Shown: in pieces, positions 53,070-63,873 of the stretch
Position numbering within the stretch: the stretch's first letter is position 1
Layout: the number at the start of each line of letters is the position of its first letter
NCBI GenBank assembly: GCA_030390025.1
Contig: JASTWF010000034.1
Location: forward strand, 1,922,001-1,986,000
Length of the DNA stretch: 64,000 nt
Source: Squalus acanthias
Taxonomy: Eukaryota
Direction of reading: 5' to 3'
Made by a program: the position numbers and the translations under genes
The notes under the pieces: model-generated
The model's database searches: none
What the model was told of the DNA's origin: nothing
The model's input: the letters and a program-made list of their open reading frames with translations, nothing else

Positions 53070-55247
53070 ACATAGAAACATAGAAGATAGGAGCAGGAGT
53101 TCAATGCGATCATGGCTGATCATCCAAACTCAGTACCCTGTACCTGCCTTCTCCCCATATCCCTTGATGCATTTAGCTTTAAGAAATATATCGAACTCAT
53201 TCTTGAATATATTTAATGACCAGGCCTCAACTACCTTCGGTGGTAGAGAATTCCACAGGTTCAGCACTCCCTGGGTGAAGAAATTCTTCCTCATTTCTGT
53301 CCTAAATGTCTTACCCCTTATACTTAGATTATGACCCCTGGTTCTGGACTCTCCGACCATCGGGAACATTCTTCCTGCATCTAGTTTGTCCAGACCTGTC
53401 AGAATTTTATATGTTTCGATGAGATCCCCTCTCATTCTTCTCTACTCCAGCGAGTATAAGCCCAATCGACCCAACCACTCCTCATATGTCATTCCTGCCA
53501 TCCCAGTTATAGCCTTGTGAATCTTCGCTGAACTCCTTCCATGGCAAGAACATCCTTCCACAGATAAGGCGACCAAAACTGCACACAGTACTCAAGGTGT
53601 GGCCTCACCAAGGCCCTGTACAACTGCAGTAGGACATCCCTGTTCCTGTACTCAAACCCTTTCGCTATGAAGGCCAACATACCAGTTGCCTTCTTCACCG
53701 CCTGCTGCACCTGCATGCTCACCTTCAGCGACTGGCGCACAAGGACACCCAGACGTCGTTGCACTTCCCCTTCTCCCAATCTATTGCCATTCAGATAATA
53801 TTTGCCTTTCTGTTTTTGTCACCAAAGTGGATAACCTCGCATTTATCCACGTTATATTGCATCTGCCACGCTTCTGCCCAATCACCCAACCTGTCCAAAT
53901 CATCCTGGAGTTTCTCGGTATCCTCGTCGCAGCACACACTCCCACCCGGCTTTGTGTCATCTGCAAACTTGGAGATATTACATTTAGTTCTCTTATCCAG
54001 ATCATTAATATATGTTGTCAATAGCTAGGGTCCAATGACCGATCCCTGCGGTACCCCACTAGTCACTGATTGCCACTCGGAAAAAGACCCATTAAATCCT
54101 ACTCTTTGCTTTCTGTCCGCCAACCAGTTCTCTATCCTTGCCCCCAATCCCATGTGCCTTAACTTTACACACTAATCTCTTATACAGGACCTTATCGAAA
54201 GCGTTTTGAAAGTCCAAATACACCACATCTACTGGTTCTCCCTTATCTATTTTCCCAGTTACATCCTCAAAAATTTCCAGTAGATTAGTCAAGCACGATT
54301 TACCTTTTGTCAATCCATGTTGACTTTGTCCGATCCAGTCACTGTTTTTCAAGTACTCAGCTATTACATCCTTTATAATGGACTCTAGCAATTTCCCCAC
54401 TACCGATGTCAGTCTTACCGGTCTGTAATTCCCCGCTTTCTCTCTGGCACCCTTTTTGAATAGTGGCGTAATATTAGCTACCCTCCAATCCATGGGTACA
54501 TTTCCAGATTCCATCGAATGTTGGAAGATGATCAGCAATGCATCTACTATTTCTAGGGCCAGTTCCTTAAGTACCCTAGGATGTAGATTATCAGGCCCTG
54601 GGGATTTATCGGCCTTCAATCCCGTCAATTTCCCTAACACCATTTCCCTGCAAATACTGATTTCTGTCAGTTCCTCCCTTTCATCAGACCGTATGTTATC
54701 CAGCATCTCTGGGAGGTTATTTGTTTCCTCCTTTGTGAAGACAGAACCAAAATATGCATTTAATTGGCCTGGCATTTCTTTGTTCCCCATTATAACTTCC
54801 CCCACTTCTGACTGCACGGCACCTACACTTGATTTCACTAATCTTTTTCTCTTCACATATCTATAAAGGCTCTTAGTCAGTTTTTATGTTCCCTGAAAGC
54901 TTACTTTCATATTCTATTTTCCCCTTCTTAATTAATCCCTTTGTCGTCCTTTGTTGAATCCTAAACTACTCCCAATCCTCAGGGCTACCGCTTTTTCTGG
55001 CCAATTTATATGCCCTCTCCTTGGATCTTATGCTATCCCTAATTTCCCTTGTTAGCCGCGTTTGAGTCACCCTTTTTGTTTTATTCTTATGCCACACTGG
55101 GATGAACAAATTTTGTAGTTCATCCATGCAGTCTTTGAATGTTTGCCATTGCCTATCCATCGTCAACCCTTTGAGTGACATTCCCCAATCAATCCTACTC
55201 AATTCGCGCCTCATATCATCGTAGTTTCCTTTATTTAAATTCAGGAC

Positions 55248-56058
55248 TGTTAGATTCGAATTTGGAGAAACTCTAGACGGAGACGGAATTGAGGACAAGT
55301 TCAGAATTTATTAAAATAAACAAAAGACTTGTGCACAAGGGAGAGCCACTCAGCTTCCTCAAGCTAGGGGCGCACTCTCTGAGGAACAAGTAACGGTTCA
55401 TTCAAGTTATACATTTCTATAAGCACCGCCTACTTACTACAGAATGGGGCATACACGTACAAACAGTGTCACTACAGTTACTCTCTATTGGTTATATGGT
55501 TAGTCACTCAACTGTCGGGCCCTCCCCTTGAACCCTGACCATGCCAGTCACAGATGTTGGTTGCCTCATCCTACTCCCCAAATTCTTGCTTTTATCTCTT
55601 CCTTTGCGGGCATAGTTTATAGTTTGAGAAAACATATTTTATCCCTGGCTGTCGGACAGAGCGGGGTGGCTCAAGGCCGTAATGGCTTGGATGCTCAGTG
55701 ACTGGAACCGTGTTGGTCATTAATTGCTCCCTTATCTCTTGGGAGACCCGGTTCGAATAGTAGATGTACCCCCGTACCTGGAACTGTGTTGGTTGTTAAT
55801 TGCTCCCTTATCTCTTGGGAGGCCAGGCTGTGCTTTGACAATGGCTCTACTGAGGTTGTGAATACATATATTCCAAGGTTTGATAAGGGGAGAGAGGCAC
55901 CTTCCAGTCTACAAATATGCCTTAATTAGCTAAACCTACTATCTGAAATAAGTAGAGGGTAATGTAGTCAAGTATCCCAGCATTCTTTGGGAACAAGCAG
56001 GATCCTTCAGTAGTAGTCAAGTATCCCAGAGTTCTTTGGGAACAAGCTGGATCCTTCA
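55248..56058 (-). repeat. 3' LTR (811 bp)
   Basis: TGAAGG...CTAACA on minus; AATAAA at 55307-55312; CCAAT near 55490. Two substitutions versus the 5' LTR by eye. Confidence 0.97.
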
Positions 56059-56060
56059 GT

Positions 56061-56078
56061 CCCCCCTTCCAATCCCCC
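56061..56078 (-). other. Polypurine tract
   Basis: GGGGGATTGGAAGGGGGG followed by AC and then the TG of the 3' LTR. Confidence 0.85.
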
Positions 56079-56404
56079 GAAAAGGACCCTTGAAGGGGGT
56101 TGGAGAGTGTGCTCTCTACGCTAAATAGTGTGATAAGCTAGTGAGTGTATAATATGTCAGAAACGCATATAGGTTTTTCCCGGATCAGCTAGCACGAATG
56201 ATGAAGGTTTACCTATAAACCCACCCAATTTATTCTATACTTCCCCCTAGGCCTGTGGCTATTCCAGGTAGGCCGCACATTCCTTGCATATGGTCTGGTG
56301 TGAGTCCTGTCGGGGTGGCCACCCGTCTAGGCACCAGGTATGCATCAGATGAGTGAAGTTGCTATTTAGGCATTCCCCGATTCATTATATGATTGCTTCA
56401 TTAT

Positions 56405-58494
56405 TCATGCACATGATTTCTCCAACAAGTTGTCAAAATCATCATCTGAAACAATTGGAGTAGGAGCAGTACAAGCATTAACAGTTTTAACCACTTGGTT
56501 TGCAATTTGTTTAGCCCGAGTCCGTTTACATTTCCTGCATGTCATACACAACAAGATCAGGACAATTACTAACTGCACCACGACTAATACATGTGAAATC
56601 AATCGAATCCATGGATGGATCTGTATATTTAGTCCCCAGTCCCAAATGTCATCCAGCCATGTGGTCACCTTGATCGCGTCGATATCTTTCTTCAGATCCG
56701 TGTTCCGTTGTTGTAGAGTATAGTACACCTTCTGGGAGAGTCGTATCTCCTTTCTCAACTGCCTCAGGTGTTTGGGCAGGGGGGGTATAGGATACCCAAA
56801 GGTGTTGATGTAGTCCCATAATCCATACTTGATGTCTTCAGACACTTGAAGAAAGGTAATATCAAACTGGTGTATGTCCACCAATTCCTCATGTCCAATC
56901 CGTACCGGAACTGCAGGGGTGAAGCAGAACTCTGAACTGGGGATGTTGCAAGTTAGATTGGCATACTCAAACGTTTTCAGGTTGGTCGTCACACAGTATT
57001 CGCCTTTGCCGGCGTACGCCGCCTGGGTAGGCTTTGAGGCTGCGTCCAATGCTTCCATGGTGCAGTTAATTTCCATGCCTGTGTTATTAAAACCACATTG
57101 GGCTTGCGGGCTTTGGCTGATTGCATGCGGGCACATGATGATGGCATGTCTGGTGACGCATCCCTCCAGCTTAGTACCCATCCAGTCTCCTTTCACCATC
57201 ACTGCGTAAGGTAACATATTGTGGTAAGATATATGCATGCCATCTTTTAATATACCAATATTTTGTGCCTGATACACCTCCCGTCCTTGTGTCTCTGGTG
57301 TCATTACCGGGACGACCAGAATTAGCCCCAGGAATCCCCCCCCCCCGTCTGGTCTGCATTCAACCTGCGTGGGGAATACCCGTACCATGGCTCGGAATTG
57401 ACAAACTGTCATATTGAGGCTACTTAAGAGATGTTTGGGCGTTCCCGCCCCAGCGTGTCCGCGAGTCAGGGTCCCTTTTAACTGTTGGTTGGTAATCCAC
57501 AGGGGTACCTCCCCTGCCTGTATCTGTTCCAGGTTTTCTCGGGTTTGCTCCACTATCCAATTCCCATATGTGCTGCAAACGTCGTTTGCTGCTGCCTGCT
57601 GTGAGGCATTGTATTCTTCTTTAATTAACTTATTTATAGTCTGTGCGTGTGTTTCTAACACAGTAGCTATATCCTGGAGGTATACGGTTAATATCTTGTC
57701 CTCCTTTAACTCTTGGTCCTCATTCTTATTTTGCTCTTGTAAGATAGCTTTAATGCGGGAACCCAGATCCTGGACCTTCTGATCTACGGTAGCCAGATCA
57801 ATGGTGTTAACGACCGATGTGCCAGTGTTAAAAATCGTTGCTGCATCATTAACTAAAGACCTCTTACGTCGCCATACCCGCCGGCTTCCCTGTCTATATC
57901 CGCCTCCGCTACGATCCGCGCCTTGTTTCAATACCTGTGTTAGAAGGCGCTGGTATAACTGTTGGGTTTGTGGTGAGCACCAAGCAGGCAGGGCGGTGTT
58001 GGCCAGGTTTAGCACCACTGACACTAATTCATGACGCACGTTATCATACAATATATCCCCAGTACGGGTGAACACCAACCCACTAGCGGGTCCCTCTTTC
58101 ACGGGGGGGCAGGTCAGTGGCTCGCGCTCGGAGGGGAAAGGTGTTGTGGAAACCATTGGGGGCAGGGGTGTAGGGGGGGGGCACCCCAGTAGCAGCCGAT
58201 CACCAGCGGTAGCCCGGGCTCCTCGTATTGTTCTATGATTCCGAAAGTCTGACATCTCTCTGAGGTAGGCGTGCATGAGGGTTCCCAGTGCCTCGCATTA
58301 TTCTGACAGCATATCCTGTCCGTCTTCCCTGTGATTTTACTGGTACAAACTCCCCTGTGCGTTTTGTGTGGACCAGTAGTCATTTCACAGAAAAAGGGGG
58401 CTCCCGACCGGTCGACGCAGAACCCCAGTGCCGTGATGGGTGTTGTTTATTCACTGATCAGTATCCCTATCATTCCCATGATAAGCCACCCCAT
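56405..58494 (-). CDS. env: Envelope / class I fusion glycoprotein (F-like); 5' end carries one stop and one frameshift, the C-terminal ~590 codons are open
   Basis: Kozak ACCATGG at 58494 with hydrophobic leader MGWLIMGMIGILISE*. Furin site RRKR at 57871-57860, then fusion peptide and heptad repeat, Cys-rich region, Trp-rich membrane-proximal region, TM ISHVLVVVQLVIVLILLC and tail. Confidence 0.9.
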
Positions 58495-58734
58495 GGTTAT
58501 CCTATACCACCGCTAGGCAGAAGGAGTCCGATTCGTTTATCTGTCTCGACACTAGCTTGTACAGTAGTAACTAGCAGGCTCTCTCTCTCTCTCTCTCTCT
58601 CTCCCTGTTTGTCCTGGTATTGGCCGTGTGCGCAGGGCTCGGAGCGGGGTTAAGGCTACTTCATACGTGGCATTGAGGCGGAGACGATGGCCTTGTGACA
58701 GTGGCTCAATGTAACTTACCTGACTTAACGTGAT

Positions 58735-59148
58735 TCAGTAAGGGTTAGGAGCTGTCGGACGGGGATGGGTGAAGACAGGTTGCACTGTCCTCCTTCGGAG
58801 GTAGGAGGGCCTATAATAGGGAGTGGATATCCCCTGGGGAAGGTCCTCCAGTCCTGACTCCAGCGGTTCCCAAAGAGCAGCTGTATCTCGGAACCGGTCT
58901 GTCTCCCCTGCACGGGGTAGGGTGAATAAAAGAGTCTGAGTTCTGTTGGGATGTAAAGCGAGGGGTCCGGTGGCCCTACCACAAAAGGAAGATAACCGGA
59001 ACTCTAGAGTCAAGGGGTGAATCCCGGGGAAGGTTAGAGTCGTATAATAATGTGAGTTCGTGGGATCCCTGGTTAAGTCGAAAGCCTGGACCGTAGAAAG
59101 GTCGACATCTCCGGTAGTGGTGGCAGTACTGAGGTCGGACCCACTCAT
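58735..59148 (-). CDS. Putative 137-aa accessory protein of unknown function
   Basis: ATG lies immediately after a strong acceptor (TCTCTTTCTTACAG|ATG). A consensus donor CAG|GTAAGT follows 15 nt after the stop. Confidence 0.6.
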   Translation of the reverse strand: MSGSDLSTATTTGDVDLSTVQAFDLTRDPTNSHYYTTLTFPGIHPLTLEFRLSSFCGRATGPLALHPNRTQTLLFTLPRAGETDRFRDTAALWEPLESGLEDLPQGISTPYYRPSYLRRRTVQPVFTHPRPTAPNPY

Positions 59149-59670
59149 CTGTAAGAAAGAGACAGGTAAAATAGCAACCCGAGGAACCGACTTAATCCTT
59201 CGAAATCCGGTTCTGATCAAGTATAGGGGAGAAAAGGCAGGTCAATACTTGTTTTTATTTCTTTTTAATTGTAAAACGAACACAACAGATATGTCTTTAG
59301 AAGGGTTGACAGCTTAAAAGGGTTAACAGCTTTTAGCTCTCTGTACCAAAAGGTGGGTGGAGCTAACAGATACAACATACATTTCCTCAAAAGGGTAAAC
59401 AGCTTTTAGCTCTCTGTACCAAAAGGTGGGTGGAGCTAACAGATACAACAGGCACCCTTTTTAAAACAGACTTTCAGACCAAGGAAATACCGTAACTTCT
59501 TAGAGTTTATAGTCAGGAAACTTTCACACAGACTTTCACACAGACTTACACACAGACTGAGATCTCAGCATTCCCTTTAAGATTCCTTTCGCTCAGCAAA
59601 TTCTGGATTTTACTTTTTTTTTTATTCTCCAAGAGGTGGGGAAATCTCTTCCCCGGGCCCCGTCACTGGC

Positions 59671-60941
59671 TTAGTCTGGCTCCATTTTAATACCCCCGGG
59701 TGCCTTGGTGGACCAGGGCAGAGAAGCTGGGGTGAATCCTTGACCGGAGGCATGAAGGTCTGTCTGGTGAAGCCCAAAGAGTCGACAAGCCCACTCCCGG
59801 ATTCCGGCCTCCGTGGGCTGGGGGCTGGCCCCCATTCGGAGGGCGGTTTGGTAGGGCTTTTCCAGCCCCTGGAGTAGATTATCTAAGAACCGTGGGTCGT
59901 CATGATTAGCGGGAATGTTATTCGTCTGGCCCCAATGTTCATTCTGCTCGATTACTCGATCAATGTACACATTGGGGTTTTCTCCGGGACTCTGGCGCAG
60001 GGCGGTGAGCCCCGCCCAGGTAGCGGTGCCGTTGCCCAGTCCAGCCTGCGCCCAGGTTTTTAAACCATTGAATTGGATCTCATACTCTGCTACCGTGGCT
60101 GGGACATTTAAGACATGGGGTCCCAATGTCCCATAAACCATAGAGGGACATTTTACCTCGATAATATCTTTTATGTCTTGTATGGACAAATTAAAGTGCC
60201 GAGCAGCACTTCGTATTTTTGCCCATACTTCGACGTTAGGATTGTATCTTTTGAGGTCGTGTTCGAGGAGGATGACACTGGATCTCTCCTGGGGCGTAAA
60301 AGAATGAGCCTCGCCCATCGTACCCCGTCCACCTATCTCTGCATTTTGGGCTCCTGCTGCCGGATTAACTCGGACGGGGGCCGTGGGGTTGGATTTTCCT
60401 GCCCCAGACTGAAGCGGTAAGGTGGGATAGATACGAGTGTATTCGGGGGGGGGCACGTGGGTTGGATGGCTTCAACTCGTTGAACCTTTACGGTCCCCGA
60501 TGGGGGCCGGGGTTCTAGGATCGGTGTGTCTCGAGTCTCCTTTTGTAGAGCCTCAACAATGTCCCCCCAGTTTTTCAAATCATCTAGATTCTCAGTCCCT
60601 GGTGACTTAAGGTGCAGGAGATTGCTAACTTGGACTTTAACCTCCTGCATAGGTCTCAAGAATCCTTGAAACGGGGTCGGTCTTCCCCCCTTATCCACGA
60701 TTATAGATCCCATCTGATCCATCCAACTAATACACAGAACCGCCCCGTACTTAGCTTGTTTGGCTTATTTTTGTTCCGCCCACCACTTTATTTGGTCAGC
60801 TACTGAGCTTGTTTCTTTCCACCCCTTTTTAACCATTTCACTCTGAAGTTTCAAATTAGCCTCTCGGACCTGTTGAACGACAGTGACACTGGTGGCCATA
60901 GCCGGAACGTCGGGTGAAAGAGATCTCCCCTTGTTTCCCAT
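59671..60941 (-). CDS. gag: Gag (one in-frame stop at 60765-60767, one frameshift in a C9 run at 60445-60453)
   Basis: MGNKGRS start; PPEY, YPTL and PTAP motifs; MHR-like RQSPGENPNVYIDRV followed by FLDNLLQGL. No CCHC knuckle seen. Confidence 0.88.
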
Positions 60942-61515
60942 GTGATCCATATTAATAGTCACGTGTATTCTTATACTCTATCTTATACTTTAATCGGCAC
61001 AAGCGACACAAACTTACACTCTAAACAGACTCTAACTTAAATCCCTCCGGGTCGTCACCCGGTATTTTGCGTACACTTAATCGTCACGGGATCACGATCC
61101 TGTGGTGTTTTAGTTCTCTACACCTACTTGATCCTGGCCGTCACGTGGGGCCCAATCGCCCTCTTAATTCAGGCTCAGGCTAGGTGTTTGAGATAGACAA
61201 CCACCCTTGTCCGTGTCGATCACCCGTGACTCTCAAGGATCCAATCTTATACTTTAAATCAGAAATATACACTTATCACCTTATACTCTAAATCAGAAAA
61301 AAAACACATGTCTAATCAATTCCGTCAGTCCGGTCTCCGTGAGGAATAATTTAAGTTGTGGGTACTTTTATACTGACTGAACCATAAACGGTTTTAGCCC
61401 CACCGGTGACGAGCGAGTCCTTGTTCCTCCTAAAAGCCTTACTCTGGCTTTTCCCTTAGGACACGACATGGTTCTCGCTTTAACCGTCACTTCCTGTGTC
61501 TTTAACTCCTATGGT

Positions 61516-61524
61516 CCTTACCTG
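61516..61524 (-). promoter_or_regulatory. Putative major splice donor
   Basis: CAG|GTAAGG, with the junction 7 nt downstream of the PBS. Confidence 0.7.
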
Positions 61525-61528
61525 CAGT

Positions 61529-61546
61529 ATCCCACTTCTGACACCA
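61529..61546 (-). other. Primer-binding site, tRNA-Leu(CAA)
   Basis: TGGTGTCAGAAGTGGGAT is complementary to the 3' 18 nt (ATCCCACTTCTGACACCA) of vertebrate tRNA-Leu-CAA and lies 2 nt (GT) from the 5' LTR. Confidence 0.93.
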
Positions 61547-61548
61547 AC

Positions 61549-62359
61549 TGTTAGATTCGAATTTGGAGAAACTCTAGACGGAGACGGAATTGAGGACAAG
61601 TTCAGAATTTATTAAAATAAACAAAAGACTTGTGCACAAGGGAGAGCCACTCAGCTTCCTCAAGCTAGGGGCGCACTCTCTGAGGAACAAGTAACGGTTC
61701 ATTCAAGTTATACATTTCTATAAGCACCGCCTACTTACTACAGAATGGGGCGTACACGTACAAACAGTGTCACTACAGTTACTCTCTATTGGTTATATGG
61801 TTAGTCACTCAACTGTCGGGCCCTCCCCTTGAACCCTGACCATGCCAGTCACAGATGTTGGTTGCCTCATCCTACTCCCCAAATTCTTGCTTTTATCTCT
61901 TCCTTTGCGGGCATAGTTTATAGTTTGAGAAAACATATTTTATCCCTGGCTGTCGGACAGAGCGGGGTGGCTCAAGGCCGTAATGGCTTGGATGCTCAGT
62001 GACTGGAACCGTGTTGGTCATTAATTGCTCCCTTATCTCTTGGGAGACCCGGTTCGAATAGTAGATGTACCCCCGTGCCTGGAACTGTGTTGGTTGTTAA
62101 TTGCTCCCTTATCTCTTGGGAGGCCAGGCTGTGCTTTGACAATGGCTCTACTGAGGTTGTGAATACATATATTCCAAGGTTTGATAAGGGGAGAGAGGCA
62201 CCTTCCAGTCTACAAATATGCCTTAATTAGCTAAACCTACTATCTGAAATAAGTAGAGGGTAATGTAGTCAAGTATCCCAGCATTCTTTGGGAACAAGCA
62301 GGATCCTTCAGTAGTAGTCAAGTATCCCAGAGTTCTTTGGGAACAAGCTGGATCCTTCA
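61549..62359 (-). repeat. 5' LTR (811 bp)
   Basis: Direct repeat of 55248-56058. Confidence 0.97.
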
Positions 62360-63873
62360 GGACCCTAGTCTCTGATTCAACTACTTCACCCTCCATCCTA
62401 ATGAAGAATTCTATCATATTATGATTACTCTGACCCAAGGGGCCTCGTACAACAAGATTGCTAATTAATCCTTTCTCGTTACATAATACCCAGTCTAAGA
62501 TGGCCTGATATCTGTTGGTTCCTCGACATATTGTTTCAGAAAACCATGACGTAAACATTCCAGGAATTCCTCCTCCACAGTATTTTTACTAATTTGGTTA
62601 GCCCCATCTATATGTAAATTAAAGTCACCCATGATGACTGCTGTACCCTTACGGCATGCTTCTCTAATTTCCCTTTTATTGCCGTCCCCAACCTCCGTAT
62701 TACTGTTTGGAGGTCTATATAACACTCCCACAAACGTTTTCTGCCCCTTGTTATATCTCAGTTCTACACATACAGATTCCACATTATCAGAGCTAATATC
62801 CTTCCTTTCAATTGTGTTAATCCCCTCTTTAACCAGCAATGCTACCCCACCTCCCTTTCTTTTTTGCCCATCTTTCCTAAATATTGAATAACCCTGGATG
62901 TTGAGTTCCCAGCCTTGGCCACCCTGGCGCCATGTTTCTGTAATCCAAATCAAATCGTATTCATTAACCTCTATTTGCGCAGCTAATTCATCCACCCTCC
63001 CCAACAGCACTCGCAAACACTCCCCCGAGGACATCGGACCCGGCCCTGCCCAGGTGCAGACCGTCCCGTTTGTACTGCTCCCACCTCCCCCAGAACCGGT
63101 TCCAATGTCCAAGGAATTTCAATCCCTCCCCCTTGCACCATTCCTCTAGCCACGTATTCATTTGAAATATCCTCCTATTTCAACTCAGACTTCCACATGG
63201 CACAGGTAGCAATCCTGAGATTACTACCTTTGAGGTCCTATTTTTTAATTTACCTCCTAACTCCCTATATTCTGCTTTTAGGACCTCATCCCGTTTTTTA
63301 CCTATATCGTTGATGCCTATGTGCACCACGACAACTGGCTGTTCGCCCCCCTCCCTCCAAAATGTTCTGTAGCCGCTCCGAGACGTCCTTGACCCTTGCA
63401 CCAGGGAGGCAACACACCATCCTGTAGTCTCGTTGTGGCCGCAGAAACGCCTATCTATTCCCCTTACAATTTAATCCCGTATCACTATAGCTCTTCCACA
63501 CTTTTTCCTCACAGCCTGTGCAGCAGAGCCACCCATGGTGCCAGGAAGTTGGCTCTGCTGCCTGCCCCTGATAAGTCATCTCCCCCAACAGCATCCAAAG
63601 TGGTATATCTGTTTGAGAGGGGGATGGCCACAGGGGACCCCTGCACTAACTGCCTGCACCTCTTCCTCTGCCTGGTGGTCACCCATTCACTTCCTGCCTG
63701 TACACCCTTTACCTGCGGTGTGACCAACTCGCTAAACATGTTATCCACGACGTTCTCAGCGTCGCGAATGCTCCAATATGCATCCATCCGCAGCTCCAGT
63801 GCTGCAATGCGGTCCATCAGTAGCTGCAGCTGGATACACTTCCCACACACATGGTCGTCAGGGACACAGGACG

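Larger units (their letters stand above)
55248..62359 (-). mobile_element. Endogenous retrovirus-like element, LTR-gag-orfX-env-LTR, lacking pol (7112 bp)
   Basis: Paired LTRs, GGAC TSD (55244-55247, 62360-62363), PBS, PPT, gag and env. Confidence 0.95.
53070..63873 (-). mobile_element. 5'-truncated CR1 LINE (ORF1 part plus ORF2), split by the LTR element
   Basis: CGGTT duplicated at 53065-53069 and 63874-63878. RT at 53130-55247, APE at 62360-63000, ORF1 at 63000-63870. ESETRVL|NLNKGNY joins across the LTR element. Confidence 0.93.

Noticed and set aside
58180..58276. ATG at 58276 as the true env start
   Set aside because: No signal peptide follows it. The upstream frame has a Kozak ATG, a hydrophobic leader and a Cys-rich domain joined by a homopolymer frameshift.
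56405..58276. Env as a domesticated syncytin-like host gene
   Set aside because: It lies in a young provirus with near-identical LTRs and a disrupted 5' end; there is no evidence of long-term retention here.
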